A stretch of 44,173 nt of DNA. Origin: a bacterium (GTDB lineage: Bacteria; Pseudomonadota; Gammaproteobacteria; Burkholderiales; SG8-41). Of the stretch, positions 1-12,033 are shown piece after piece. Position 1 is the first letter of the stretch. Each line of letters opens with the position of its first letter. The DNA lies in contig DAIDBG010000057.1 in assembly GCA_027310225.1 (NCBI GenBank), positions 1 to 44,173 on the forward strand, in the 5' to 3' direction. The notes under the pieces were generated by a model. That model made no database searches. It was given only the letters and a program-made list of their open reading frames with translations, and was not told where the DNA came from. A program made the translations under genes and the position numbers.

Positions 1-1140
1 GCTCGAGCGCGCGCCGTTGGACACCGCTATCTCGTACGCGACCGACTTGCGTCCCTCGTTCAATCCGCGCTTCAACACGGCGAGCTCGTCGAGTTTCTCG
101 CGCGCGAAGGCAAGCCAGCCTTTGATCTCGTGGTCGAGCCGGGTCTCGTCCGCGAGCGAGAGCGGGCAATGCAACAGAGAGCACGAGGGCGCGAGCCATA
201 GCCGATCGCCTAGTCGCGCATGCACCGGCTCCAACCGCTCGAGCGCGTGCTCGAGATCGCAGCGCCATACGTTCCGGCCGTCCACGATACCCGCCGAAAG
301 CACCTTGTCGGCCGGGAAATCGCTCACGAATGCTTCGAGCTGTTGGGGGGCGCGCACAAGATCGAGATGCACCCCGGCAACCGGAAGGCGCTTGATGCGG
401 CCGGCAAACCGCTCGACCCCGCCGAAATAGGTCGCCAGCATGAGCCTGGGCGCGGCGCCGGCGAGCGCGTCGTATGCGCTTTCAAGCTGCTCATGCCACT
501 CAACCGGCAAATCGAGTGCAAGCGCCGGTTCATCGAGCTGCACCCATTCGATACCCGCGCGCTTCAGTTCCTCAAGCAATTCGCGGTACACCGCGAGCAC
601 ATCGGAAAGGAGGGAAAGGCGGGAGAAACCGCGCTCCTTTTCCTTGCCGAGCCAGAGATAGGTGAGTGGACCCAGCACGACCGGCTTCGCCGGAATGCCG
701 AGTGCCTGCGCTTCGCGCACCTCGCCGGTAAGCCACGACGCATCGAGAACGGAGCGCGTGCTCCGATCGAATTCCGGGACCAGGTAGTGGTAGTTCGTAT
801 CGAACCATTTGATCATCTCGAGTGCGGGCGCCCGGTCCGTGCCGCGCGCCATGGCGAAGTATGTGCGCAAATCGACTTCGCCGCGGCCACCGAAGCGCGG
901 GGGCACATGTCGTAGCATGGCGGAGGTGGTGAGCACGTGGTCGTACCACGCGAAATCACCCACCGGGACGAGGCCGATTCCGGCCTCGCGCTGGGTGAGC
1001 CAGTTCCGGCGCCGCAGTTCGGCACCGGTCGCTTGCAGCTCGGTTTCGCCGATCTCGCCGCGCCAGAACGCTTCCAGCGCGCGTTTCAACTCGCGCCGCG
1101 GCCCGATGCGCGGGTAGCCAAGATTGTGGACAAGCGTCAT
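1..1140 (-). CDS. metE: Cobalamin-independent methionine synthase (5-methyltetrahydropteroyltriglutamate--homocysteine S-methyltransferase), N-terminal ~380 codons; the 3' end lies beyond the left edge
   Basis: My translation of the minus strand from ATG at 1138-1140 stays open to position 1. It reads MTLVHNLGYPRIGPRRELKRALEAFWRGEIGETEL...IKWFDTNYHYLVPEF, a canonical MetE N-terminus. It is absent from the ORF track because its stop is outside the window. It is divergent from a MetR-type regulator. Confidence 0.9.
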   Translation of the reverse strand, partial: MTLVHNLGYPRIGPRRELKRALEAFWRGEIGETELQATGAELRRRNWLTQREAGIGLVPVGDFAWYDHVLTTSAMLRHVPPRFGGRGEVDLRTYFAMARGTDRAPALEMIKWFDTNYHYLVPEFDRSTRSVLDASWLTGEVREAQALGIPAKPVVLGPLTYLWLGKEKERGFSRLSLLSDVLAVYRELLEELKRAGIEWVQLDEPALALDLPVEWHEQLESAYDALAGAAPRLMLATYFGGVERFAGRIKRLPVAGVHLDLVRAPQQLEAFVSDFPADKVLSAGIVDGRNVWRCDLEHALERLEPVHARLGDRLWLAPSCSLLHCPLSLADETRLDHEIKGWLAFAREKLDELAVLKRGLNEGRKSVAYEIAVSNGARSS

Positions 1141-1220
1141 GCAGCAATACCTTGAGTCCGGTCGTGAAATGATGAGGCCGCGCGACTCGCAAATCAAACT
1201 CATATTTTTTGACGTGAACA

Positions 1221-1233
1221 TGAATCGGATTCA
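1221..1233. promoter_or_regulatory. Candidate MetR operator (TGAA-N5-TTCA) in the metE-metR divergent intergenic region
   Basis: TGAATCGGATTCA fits the enterobacterial MetR consensus TGAANNNNNTTCA exactly. It lies 10 nt upstream of the metR ATG and about 80 nt upstream of the metE ATG. Confidence 0.5.
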
Positions 1234-1242
1234 TACTGACCC

Positions 1243-2160
1243 ATGCTCGAACTCCGCCACCTGCGCACCCTGATGGCGCTCGCCGAGGCCGGCAACATTT
1301 CGGTCGCGGCGAAGCGCGTGCACCTGACCCAGTCGGCGCTGTCGCACCAGTTGAAGGTGCTCGAAGACCACTACGGCACCCGGCTCTTCGAACGAAAGAG
1401 CAGTCCGCTGCGCCTCTCGCCCGCGGGGCACCGGCTGTTGAGGCTCGCCCGCGACGTCGCCGCACAGATCGCCGGCGCCGACAGCGACATCGCGCGCATC
1501 ATCGGCGGTGAATCAGGCACGCTGCGGATCGCGGTCGAATGCCACACCTGCTTCGACTGGCTGATGCCGTCGATGGACGCGTTCCGCGAGAGCTGGCCGG
1601 AAGTGGAGATGGACCTCGTCTCGGGATTTCATCCCGATCCGGTGGGGCTGCTGGAAGAAGGCCGCGCCGACTTCGTGATCACCTCCGAGACGGCGAAGCG
1701 CAAGCACGTCGTCTACCACCCGCTGTTCCGCTTCGAGATCTTCGCGCTGCTCGCCAAGAACCACCTGCTGATCGACAAGGAGTGGCTGGAACCGGAAGAT
1801 TTCGCGAAGTACACGCTGATCACCTACCCGGTACCCGAGCACATGATCGACGTCATCCGCCAGCGTCTCGAGCCGGCGGGCATCCATCCCGAGCGGCGCA
1901 CGGTGGAGCTTACGATCGCCATTCTTCAGCTCGTCGCCAGCCGCCGCGGACTCGCCGCACTGCCCGGCTGGGCGGTGCACGCCTACATCGAGCGCGGTTA
2001 CGTGATCGCCAAGCGTGTTGGCAAAGGAGGCCTGTGGAGCAAGCTCTACGCTGCGACCACCGACGCGACCGCGACGTTGCCCTACATTCGGGATTTCCTG
2101 GCAACGGTGCGGCGCGTGAGCTTCGCCACGCTGCCGGAGATCGAACCCCTCAGAAAATAG
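1243..2160 (+). CDS. metR: LysR-family transcriptional activator of methionine synthesis (MetR-like)
   Basis: 305-aa ORF starting MLELRHLRTLMALAEAGNISVAAKRVHLTQSALSHQLKVLE, an N-terminal LysR HTH. It is divergent from metE, the classical metE-metR arrangement. Confidence 0.85.
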   Translation: MLELRHLRTLMALAEAGNISVAAKRVHLTQSALSHQLKVLEDHYGTRLFERKSSPLRLSPAGHRLLRLARDVAAQIAGADSDIARIIGGESGTLRIAVECHTCFDWLMPSMDAFRESWPEVEMDLVSGFHPDPVGLLEEGRADFVITSETAKRKHVVYHPLFRFEIFALLAKNHLLIDKEWLEPEDFAKYTLITYPVPEHMIDVIRQRLEPAGIHPERRTVELTIAILQLVASRRGLAALPGWAVHAYIERGYVIAKRVGKGGLWSKLYAATTDATATLPYIRDFLATVRRVSFATLPEIEPLRK

Positions 2161-2175
2161 CTGTGATCTCTGTGG

Positions 2176-3210
2176 CTAACCCAACGTCACGCCGAGCAGC
2201 CTTCCGATCAGATAAGTGAAGCCGCCGGCGGCCGCGCCGAGGGCGAGCATCCTCACGCCGCTGTAGAGTGCGCTCTGGCCGGTGAACAGCGACAGCGTCG
2301 TGCCGACCGCGAGCAGCGCGACGGCAGTCGCCGCGATCGCCGCAGCAAGGCCCCCCGGGCCGGCCACGAACACGAACGGCACGAGCGGCACCGCCGCCCC
2401 GGCCGCGAAGGAGAGGAACGAGAACAACGCCGCGCCCCACGGCGATCCCAGGTCCCCGGGATTCAAGCCCAGCTCCTCGCGCGCGAGCGTGGCAAGCGCC
2501 TTCTCGGGGTCGGCGGTGAGATTTTTCGCCATGCTCACCGCCTCTTCGCGCGAATGGCCGCGCGCCTCGTAAATCAACGCCAGCTCCTCCGCTTCCGCTT
2601 CCGGGTAGTGCTCGAGCTCCTCGCGCTCGAGCGCGATCTGGTACTCGTACATCTCGCGCTGCGAGCGTACGGACACGTACTCCCCCGCCGCCATCGAGAA
2701 CGCCCCCGCGATCAGTCCCGCAATGCCCGAGAGCAGGATGATCTGGCTGTCGGCGGTGGCGCCGGCGATGCCCAGGATGAGGCTCGCGTTGGAAATCAGC
2801 CCGTCATTGACCCCGAACACCGCCGCGCGCAGGTTGCCGCCGCTGCCCACGCCGCGGTGGCGGCGCCCGATCTCGTCCACCGCGTGCGGCAGGGCGTGGC
2901 CGTGCGTGGCGCTGGTGTAAAGCGACATGCCGCGCACCTTCAGGGCCGCCAGCACGCCGCGCAACGGGCGGACCCCGAAACGTCCCACCAGCCGCGCCAC
3001 CAGCCGCGCGCGCAGATCGGGCGTGTAGCGCTCCGGAACGGGGTGTCCCGCGGCGTGCGCGCGGCGTTCCCAGATCACCGCCTGCTTTTCGGCTTCCCGG
3101 GCGAGCTCCGAGAACAGCGCCTGGCGCGCCGTGCCCGCCTCGTGCTCGGCCACGACGCGGTAGAGGTACGCCGAGCGCTTCTCCTCCGACCAGCCTTCCA
3201 GCTCGTGCAT
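2176..3210 (-). CDS. Ferritin-like (erythrin) / VIT1-CCC1 family iron-manganese transporter (MbfA-like)
   Basis: The C-terminal half has VIT1 motifs (FGVNDGLISNASLILG, AGAFSMAAGEYVSV) and TM segments. The N-terminal half is a helical ferritin-like domain. ATG at 3210 (MHELEGW) follows GAAGAGG; the longest ORF starts at GTG 3240. Confidence 0.8.
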   Translation of the reverse strand: MHELEGWSEEKRSAYLYRVVAEHEAGTARQALFSELAREAEKQAVIWERRAHAAGHPVPERYTPDLRARLVARLVGRFGVRPLRGVLAALKVRGMSLYTSATHGHALPHAVDEIGRRHRGVGSGGNLRAAVFGVNDGLISNASLILGIAGATADSQIILLSGIAGLIAGAFSMAAGEYVSVRSQREMYEYQIALEREELEHYPEAEAEELALIYEARGHSREEAVSMAKNLTADPEKALATLAREELGLNPGDLGSPWGAALFSFLSFAAGAAVPLVPFVFVAGPGGLAAAIAATAVALLAVGTTLSLFTGQSALYSGVRMLALGAAAGGFTYLIGRLLGVTLG

Positions 3211-3288
3211 GACGCCTCTTCGCCGATTCGGATCCGACACGAATCATCCACGACATTCAACCGACCGGCAACACGCATCCCCTATGGT

Positions 3289-4485
3289 TCAGGGATTCGC
3301 GGCGCGGCTGCGGTAGAGCACCCAGCACGCCCCGCCCGCCAGCATCATCGCCGCCTGCCCGAGCGCGAGCGTCAACCCGCTGCCCGAGATCAGCGGCGAC
3401 ACCAGCCCCGCGGTGAGCGCCGTGGCGCCGCTCTGCGCGAAGCTCTGCAGGGCCGAGACCATCCCGCGATTCTTTGGGAAGAGATCCAGCGCGAGCAGCG
3501 ACGCGCTGGGCATCACCAGCGCCGGACCGATGGCATAGAGCATAACCGGCAGCACCGACCACGGCAGCGCCGGAGGAAACAGCGCGTTATAGCCGACGTT
3601 GAGCGCCGCGGCGCCGAACATGATCGCGTAACCGAGCGCGACCGTGCGTTGCGCGGAAACGCGCCCCGCCAGGCGCCCCGACAGAAAGGCGCCGAACATG
3701 ATGCCGCCGATGTTCGGCACGAACAGCACGGGAAAATCGTTCTCGCCGAGCCCCAGCAGGTCATAGATGAAGGCCGGCGCCGAGGCGATGTAGAGAAAGG
3801 TGCCGGAGAAGTTGAGCGCCACCGTGAGGCACAGCAGCAGCAGGCTCGCGTTGCCGCCGAGCTTCGCGTAGTTAGCGACCAGCGGGGCGAGCGCGAACGG
3901 CTGGCGCGCCTCGGGCGGATGCGTCTCCGGCAGCCGCAGGCCGCACACGGCGAGCATCATCCCGCCGTAGAGCGCGAGAAAGATGAAGATCGAATGCCAT
4001 CCGAACCAGGTCTGCAGCCAGCCGCCGATGACAGGGGCGAGGGCCGGGGCGAGCCCGAAGATCATGGTCACCAGCGACATCAGGCGCTGCGCGTCGTGAC
4101 CGGCAAACGTGTCGCGGATGATCGCGCGGCCCACGACCCAGCCCACGCCCCCCGACAGGCCCTGCGCGCCGCGGAACAGCAGGAGCTGGCCGAAGCTCTG
4201 CGCCGACGCGGCGCCGACCGACGCGAAGGTGTAGATCGCGAGGCACACGAGGATCACGGGGCGCCGCCCGAACGAGTCGGAGAGCGCGCCCTGGAACAGC
4301 GTCATCACCGCGAAGGTCATGAGATAGACCGACAGCGTCTGCTGCAGCTGGAGGGGCGAGGCCGCGAACTCCTGCCGGATCGCGGGAAACGACGGCAGGT
4401 AGGTATCCACCGAGAACGGGCCCATCATCGCCAGCCCGGCGAGCATGACGGCGAGCAACGGCGCGGAAATCGGTGTGCGAGGCAA
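3289..4485 (-). CDS. MFS transporter, Bcr/CflA drug-resistance subfamily
   Basis: Contains GPFSVDTYLPSFPAI...LSDSFGRRPVIL...FRGAQGLSGG, typical of Bcr/CflA 12-TM pumps. The start is uncertain: TTG at 4485 gives a Bcr-like N-terminal length, while the longest ORF starts at GTG 4542. Confidence 0.8.
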   Translation of the reverse strand: MPRTPISAPLLAVMLAGLAMMGPFSVDTYLPSFPAIRQEFAASPLQLQQTLSVYLMTFAVMTLFQGALSDSFGRRPVILVCLAIYTFASVGAASAQSFGQLLLFRGAQGLSGGVGWVVGRAIIRDTFAGHDAQRLMSLVTMIFGLAPALAPVIGGWLQTWFGWHSIFIFLALYGGMMLAVCGLRLPETHPPEARQPFALAPLVANYAKLGGNASLLLLCLTVALNFSGTFLYIASAPAFIYDLLGLGENDFPVLFVPNIGGIMFGAFLSGRLAGRVSAQRTVALGYAIMFGAAALNVGYNALFPPALPWSVLPVMLYAIGPALVMPSASLLALDLFPKNRGMVSALQSFAQSGATALTAGLVSPLISGSGLTLALGQAAMMLAGGACWVLYRSRAANP

Positions 4486-4634
4486 GGGGTGCTGTCCCGA
4501 TCGTCGAGTGTGGGGCAAGTACGATTCGCAGCCGACCCTCACCTCTTCCCTCTCTCTGGCGTCAGGGCGGGGGGAAAGTACGGTGCGGATATGACGTAAC
4601 GGTCATTTCCGCAGGAATCGGAGGGAGCAGTGTA

Positions 4635-6131
<1,497 letters not shown>

Positions 6132-6242
6132 CGGCCCCCCTCCTCCAGGTTTCTGGCTGATGCCACCATTAACGGATGAGACGGTGCAACGGACTACGGA
6201 CAGCGAGACAGGGGGACCGATCAACGGTCCGATGAAACTCCG

Positions 6243-6500
6243 TTATTCCGCCTTCCGCCCCTTGCCTTCCGCCTTCTGTTCGAGTTCGGCGAGCCTGGCT
6301 TCCAGTTCCTGGAGTTTCGCGCGGGTGCGCACGAGCACCTCGCGCTGCACGTCGAACTCCTCGCGCGTCACCAGATCAAGGCGACTAAAAGCACTCGCCA
6401 GCAGCGCGCGCAGGTTTTTCTCGAGGTCCCTGGCCGGGCTCTGGGCCAGGATTTCCCTCATTTTGCGGTCGAAATCCTCGAACGGATTGGTGGAGGCCAT
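6243..6500 (-). CDS. ubiK: Ubiquinone biosynthesis accessory factor UbiK (YqiC/BMFP family coiled-coil protein)
   Basis: 85-aa ORF MASTNPFEDFDRKMREILAQSPARDLEKNLRALL...LVTREEFDVQREVLVRTRAKLQELEARL, the typical YqiC/UbiK pattern. Confidence 0.75.
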   Translation of the reverse strand: MASTNPFEDFDRKMREILAQSPARDLEKNLRALLASAFSRLDLVTREEFDVQREVLVRTRAKLQELEARLAELEQKAEGKGRKAE

Positions 6501-6606
6501 GATTTCACGTCTGCGTGTTGGAATTCTCTCACATCGGCCTCTCTAAAAACCCAAAAACAAAGCAATCCCGCGCACGGTTGGAACGAGCTGCGCAATGAAA
6601 GTGCCG

Positions 6607-6625
6607 CCGCACAGGCTTAGTGCGG
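6607..6625. promoter_or_regulatory. Candidate NtrC upstream activator site (palindrome CCGCAC-N7-GTGCGG)
   Basis: CCGCACAGGCTTAGTGCGG fits the GCAC-N7-GTGC core of the NtrC consensus TGCACC-N5-GGTGCA. It lies about 100 nt upstream of the sigma54-type promoter. A weaker half-match (GCGCAATGAAAGTGC) lies just upstream at about 6586-6604. Confidence 0.4.
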
Positions 6626-6717
6626 GAAGCCACGCTAACGCTTCAAAACGGTGCGGCCATAAATTTTAATGCTCGGATGCCCAAATACAACCCGATGTTT
6701 TTAAATCGTTACTCATC

Positions 6718-6733
6718 TGGCACGGTCCGTGCT
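6718..6733 (+). promoter_or_regulatory. Sigma54 (-24/-12) type promoter for the porin-glnK-amtB operon
   Basis: TGGCACGGTCCGTGCT matches TGGCAC-N5-TTGCW with correct GG/GC spacing (only T to G at the first -12 position). It lies about 50 nt upstream of the porin ATG. Confidence 0.6.
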
Positions 6734-6781
6734 GAACAAGGCAGCGCAATGTCGCACGTCCTTATCAGAAAGGGAGTCACC

Positions 6782-7967
<1,186 letters not shown>

Positions 7968-7979
7968 GGAGAAAACCAC

Positions 7980-9491
7980 ATGAAACGACTACTCGCTATC
8001 CTCGCGCTGTTCGGCGCAGTGAGCTTCGCCGCCGTGCCGGCCATGGCTCAGGGCAAGCCTGCCGAGAAGCCGGCCGCCGCGGTTCAGGCGCCGGCGCCCG
8101 CGGCTCCCGCCACTGCGCCCGCCGCGGCCCCTGCCGCACCGTCGGCCACGGCGGCGCCGGCACCGACGCCCAACAAGGGCGACGTCGCATGGATGCTCAC
8201 TTCGACCGCCTTTGTGCTGATGATGAGCGTGCCGGCCCTTGCGCTGTTCTATGGCGGGGCGGTGCGCGCCAAGAACATGCTCTCGACGCTGATGCAGGTG
8301 TTCGTCGTCTTCTCGCTGATCGTGGTGCTGTGGGTGGTGTACGGCTACAGCCTGGCGTTCACCGAGGGCAACGCGTTTTTCGGCGGTTTCGGCCGCCTGT
8401 TCCTCGGCGGCACCTTCGACTCGATGAAGGGCGAGTTCGCGATGGCGGCAACCTTCAGCAAGAATACGCCGCTGCCGGAGCTCTTGTTCGTGGCGTACCA
8501 GGCGACCTTCGCCGCGATCACGGTGTGTCTTATCCTGGGCGCGTTCGCCGAGCGGATGAAATTCTCGGCGGTGCTGATCTTCGCGGTGTTGTGGTTCACC
8601 TTTGCCTACGTGCCGATCGCGCACATGGTCTGGTTCTGGCCCGGCCCCGATGCCTACACCGATCCAAAGCTGGTTGACGGCGTGAACGCCAAGGCAGGGT
8701 TGCTCTGGCAGTGGGGCGCGCTCGACTTCGCCGGCGGCACCGTGGTGCACGTCAACTCCGGCGTCGCGGGGCTGGTGGGCGCCTATGTGATCGGCAAGCG
8801 CATCGGCTACGGCAAGGAAACGATAACCCCGCACAACGTGCCGATGACCATGATCGGGGCCTCGCTGCTGTGGATGGGCTGGTTCGGATTCAATGCCGGC
8901 TCCGCGCTGGAAGCGAACAACTCGGCGGCTCTTGCGCTCATGAACACCTTCCTCGCGAGCGCCCTGGCGGTGCTGTCGTGGACTTTCGGTGAATGGTTCT
9001 TCAAGGGCAAGCCCTCGATGCTGGGCGCGGCCTCCGGCGCGGTGGCCGGCCTGGTCGCCATTACGCCGGCCGCCGGCAACGTCGGCATCCCCGGCGCGTT
9101 CGTGATCGGCCTCGCCGCGGGTCTCGTCTGCCTGTGGGGCGTCAACCAGTTGAAGCGCTGGCACGGCGCGGACGATTCTCTCGACGTGTTCGGCGTGCAC
9201 GCCATCGGCGGAACCCTTGGCGCGCTGCTGACCGGTGTCTTCAACTCCCAGAGCCTCGGCGGCCCGGGCCTCGTCACCGACTGGGTGACCGGCAAGGTCG
9301 GCTCCAACCCGATCCTCGACCAGCTGTGGGTACAGGCCCAGGCGGTGGGTGTCACGATCATCTGGACTGCGGTGGTGGCGTTCATCGCCCTCAAGATCGC
9401 GGATCTGATCGTCGGCCTGCGCGTGTCCGAGGAAGAAGAGCGCGAAGGGCTGGACATCAACTCACACGGCGAAACGGCCTATCACACTTAA
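7980..9491 (+). CDS. amtB: Ammonium transporter AmtB with signal peptide and an Ala/Pro-rich linker
   Basis: 503-aa ORF with Amt signatures (DFAGGTVVHVNSGVAGL, GWFGFNAGS, DDSLDVFGVHAIGG). It is paired with glnK. Confidence 0.95.
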   Translation: MKRLLAILALFGAVSFAAVPAMAQGKPAEKPAAAVQAPAPAAPATAPAAAPAAPSATAAPAPTPNKGDVAWMLTSTAFVLMMSVPALALFYGGAVRAKNMLSTLMQVFVVFSLIVVLWVVYGYSLAFTEGNAFFGGFGRLFLGGTFDSMKGEFAMAATFSKNTPLPELLFVAYQATFAAITVCLILGAFAERMKFSAVLIFAVLWFTFAYVPIAHMVWFWPGPDAYTDPKLVDGVNAKAGLLWQWGALDFAGGTVVHVNSGVAGLVGAYVIGKRIGYGKETITPHNVPMTMIGASLLWMGWFGFNAGSALEANNSAALALMNTFLASALAVLSWTFGEWFFKGKPSMLGAASGAVAGLVAITPAAGNVGIPGAFVIGLAAGLVCLWGVNQLKRWHGADDSLDVFGVHAIGGTLGALLTGVFNSQSLGGPGLVTDWVTGKVGSNPILDQLWVQAQAVGVTIIWTAVVAFIALKIADLIVGLRVSEEEEREGLDINSHGETAYHT

Positions 9492-9517
9492 CATTCCTTC
9501 GGGAAGCGTGTGACTGA

Positions 9518-9544
9518 CGGGCGCCTGCGGGCGCCCGTTTTTTT
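9518..9544 (+). terminator. Rho-independent terminator after amtB
   Basis: CGGGCGCC-TGCG-GGCGCCCG perfect 8-bp GC stem followed by TTTTTTT, 27 nt after the amtB stop. Confidence 0.85.
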
Positions 9545-9606
9545 GATGCGGCGAACGGTGACGGGAAAAGGCCGCGAGTCGTACAATGGTCCCCTCCGGG
9601 GAGAAC

Positions 9607-10926
9607 ATGACCGTTCCGAGACTGACCACTGCGCTGACCGGGCCGCTCGCCGAGCTCGAGCGGCGGCTGCTCGGCTCGATGCCGGCGATCGAGCACTGGC
9701 TGCGCGGGGAATGGCAGGACCACACCGCGCCCTTCTACTGCTCGGTGGACCTTCGGAACAGCGGCTTCAAGCTCGCGCCGGTGGACACCAACCTCTTTCC
9801 CGGCGGCTTCAACAATCTCAACCCGGATTTCCGCCCGTTGTGCGTGCAGGCGGCGATGGTGGCGATCGAGAAGGTCTGTCCCGACGCGCGCGGCGTGGTG
9901 CTGATCCCCGAGAGCCACACTCGCAACCAGTTCTTTCTGCAGAACATCGCGGTGCTGCAGACCCTGCTCCGGCAGGCCGGGCTCCACGTCCGCATCGGAA
10001 GCCTGATGCGCGAGGTCACCGGCCCGACGGAGCTCGAGCTGGCGAGCGGCGCAAAACTCGTGCTGGAGCCGATCGAGCGCCGCGGCAACCGCGTGATGGT
10101 GGACGGTTTCGACCCCTGTCTCGTGCTGCTCAACAACGATCTCTCGGGGGGCACGCCGGAGATCCTGATGGGCCTCGAACAGAACGTGCTGCCGCCGCTG
10201 CACGCCGGCTGGACCGTGCGCCGCAAGTCGAACCATTTCGCGGCCTATCGCCAGGTAGCCGAGGCGTTCGCCGGCCTGATCGGCATCGATCCGTGGCTGG
10301 TCAATCCCTACTTCGAGAAGTGCGGCAGGATCAATTTCCGCGAGCGCATGGGCGAGGAGTGCCTCGAAGGCTACGTCGCGGAGATCCTCGACGACATCCG
10401 CGCGAAGTACAAGGAATACGACATCCGTCAGGACCCCTTCGTCATCGTCAAGGCGGACGCCGGCACCTACGGCATGGGCGTGATGACCGTAAAGGACCCG
10501 TCGGAGGTGCTGGAACTCAACCGCAAGCAGCGCAGCAAGATGGCGGTGGTGAAGGAGGGACTCGAAGTGCGCGAGGTGATGGTGCAGGAAGGCATCTACA
10601 CCTTCGAGAGCGTGGACGACGCCGTGGCCGAGCCGGTGGTTTACCTGATTGACCATTTCGTGGTGGGCGGCTTCTACCGGGTGCACACCGAGCGCGGCCA
10701 GGACCAGAACCTGAACGCCCCCGGCATGCATTTCGCGCCGCTCGCCTTCGCCGCGCCGTGCTCCTCGCCCAATCTCGACGATCCGGGCTGCCCGCCCAAC
10801 CGCTTCTACGCCTACGGCGTCATCGCGCGGCTCGCCTTGCTCGCCGCCGCCATCGAGCTCGAAGCGGCGCCCGAAGAAGCGGCGCTCGGCGGCACCGCTG
10901 TTTCGAGCGCCGCTTTAATAAAATAA
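9607..10926 (+). CDS. gshA: Glutamate--cysteine ligase (proteobacterial non-enteric GshA type)
   Basis: TTALTGPLAELERRLL...HWLRGEWQDHTAPFYCSVDLRNSGFKLAPVDTNLFPGGFNNL matches the gshA type found upstream of gshB in beta-proteobacteria. ATG at 9607 follows GGGGAG; the longest ORF starts at 9586. Confidence 0.85.
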   Translation: MTVPRLTTALTGPLAELERRLLGSMPAIEHWLRGEWQDHTAPFYCSVDLRNSGFKLAPVDTNLFPGGFNNLNPDFRPLCVQAAMVAIEKVCPDARGVVLIPESHTRNQFFLQNIAVLQTLLRQAGLHVRIGSLMREVTGPTELELASGAKLVLEPIERRGNRVMVDGFDPCLVLLNNDLSGGTPEILMGLEQNVLPPLHAGWTVRRKSNHFAAYRQVAEAFAGLIGIDPWLVNPYFEKCGRINFRERMGEECLEGYVAEILDDIRAKYKEYDIRQDPFVIVKADAGTYGMGVMTVKDPSEVLELNRKQRSKMAVVKEGLEVREVMVQEGIYTFESVDDAVAEPVVYLIDHFVVGGFYRVHTERGQDQNLNAPGMHFAPLAFAAPCSSPNLDDPGCPPNRFYAYGVIARLALLAAAIELEAAPEEAALGGTAVSSAALIK

Positions 10927-11052
10927 GCCCGGCATTTTTTCGAATATATCTACCCGGAGTAGGCCGGACGGACTCCAGGATTTCCGAGGGCAATCGGAAT
11001 GTCTAATTGAAGCAATTTTCGGCCACGGACCATATAAAACCGAATCGCCCAG

Positions 11053-12033
11053 ATGAAAATTGCCTCGATGAAAATCGCCTTCGTCGCCGATCCGCTCGAC
11101 TCGTTCAAGATCTACAAGGACACCACGTTCGCCATCATGCGCGAGGCTGCCGCGCGCGGTCACGCGCTCTACGCCATGGAGCAGGAGGACCTGCTGTGGC
11201 GCGGGAATACCGCATACGGCGGCGCGCGCAGGCTGCATCTCACCAGCGACAAGACGCGCTGGTACCGCGCCGAGGCGGCCACGGCCACGCCGTTGAAAGC
11301 GTTCGACGCGGTGCTGATGCGCAAGGACCCGCCGTTCGACATCGAGTACATCTATAGTACCTATCTGCTCGAGCTGGCCGAGTCGGAGGGAGCGCGCGTG
11401 TTCAACCGGCCGCGCGCGATCCGCGACTGGAACGAGAAGCTGGGCATCGCACGGTTCGCCCGCTTCGCGCCGCCCTCGGTCGTGACCCGGCGCGAGGCGC
11501 TCATCCGCGAGTTCCTCGGCGAGCACCGGGACATCATCCTGAAGCCGCTCGACGGGATGGGCGGCGCCTCCGTGTTCCGGGTGCGCGACGATGATCCGAA
11601 CGTGAACGTCATCATCGAGACGGTCACCCACTTCGGCCGCCGCACCATCATGGCGCAGCGCTTCATCCCGGAGATCCGGGACGGGGACAAGCGCGTGCTG
11701 CTGATCGCCGGCAAGCCCGTGCCCTATTGCCTCGCGCGCATCCCGAAGCCGGGAGAGACGCGCGGCAATCTCGCCGTCGGCGCCACCGGCGTGACGCGCG
11801 AGCTTACCGCCCGCGACCGCGAGATCGCGGAGGCGCTCGGCCCCGTGCTCGCGAAGGAAGGCCTGCTCCTCGTCGGCCTCGACGTCATCGGCGACTGGCT
11901 CACCGAGGTCAACGTCACCAGCCCCACCTGCTTCCAGGAGATCACCGAGCAGACCGGCTTCAACGTGGCCGGCATGATGCTCGACGCGCTGGAGAAGATC
12001 CTGTCCCAGCCGCTTGAAAACCGCAAACCTTAG
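11053..12033 (+). CDS. gshB: Glutathione synthetase
   Basis: Collinear with E. coli GshB along its length (MRKDPPFD.EYIY.TY.LE, ILKPLDGMGGASVFRV, GDKRVLLIAGKPVPYCLARIP..GETRGNLA, EVNVTSPTC). The start is ATG 11053 or ATG 11068, because the start region is tandemly duplicated. Confidence 0.95.
   Translation: MKIASMKIAFVADPLDSFKIYKDTTFAIMREAAARGHALYAMEQEDLLWRGNTAYGGARRLHLTSDKTRWYRAEAATATPLKAFDAVLMRKDPPFDIEYIYSTYLLELAESEGARVFNRPRAIRDWNEKLGIARFARFAPPSVVTRREALIREFLGEHRDIILKPLDGMGGASVFRVRDDDPNVNVIIETVTHFGRRTIMAQRFIPEIRDGDKRVLLIAGKPVPYCLARIPKPGETRGNLAVGATGVTRELTARDREIAEALGPVLAKEGLLLVGLDVIGDWLTEVNVTSPTCFQEITEQTGFNVAGMMLDALEKILSQPLENRKP

Noticed and set aside
2554-4599. 681-aa plus-strand ORF
   Set aside because: It lies antisense to the VIT-family and Bcr genes. 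Its extreme Arg/Ala/Gly/His composition (RRHRERPRDQSRNAREQDD...) is typical of shadow frames in high-GC DNA, and it has no recognisable domain.
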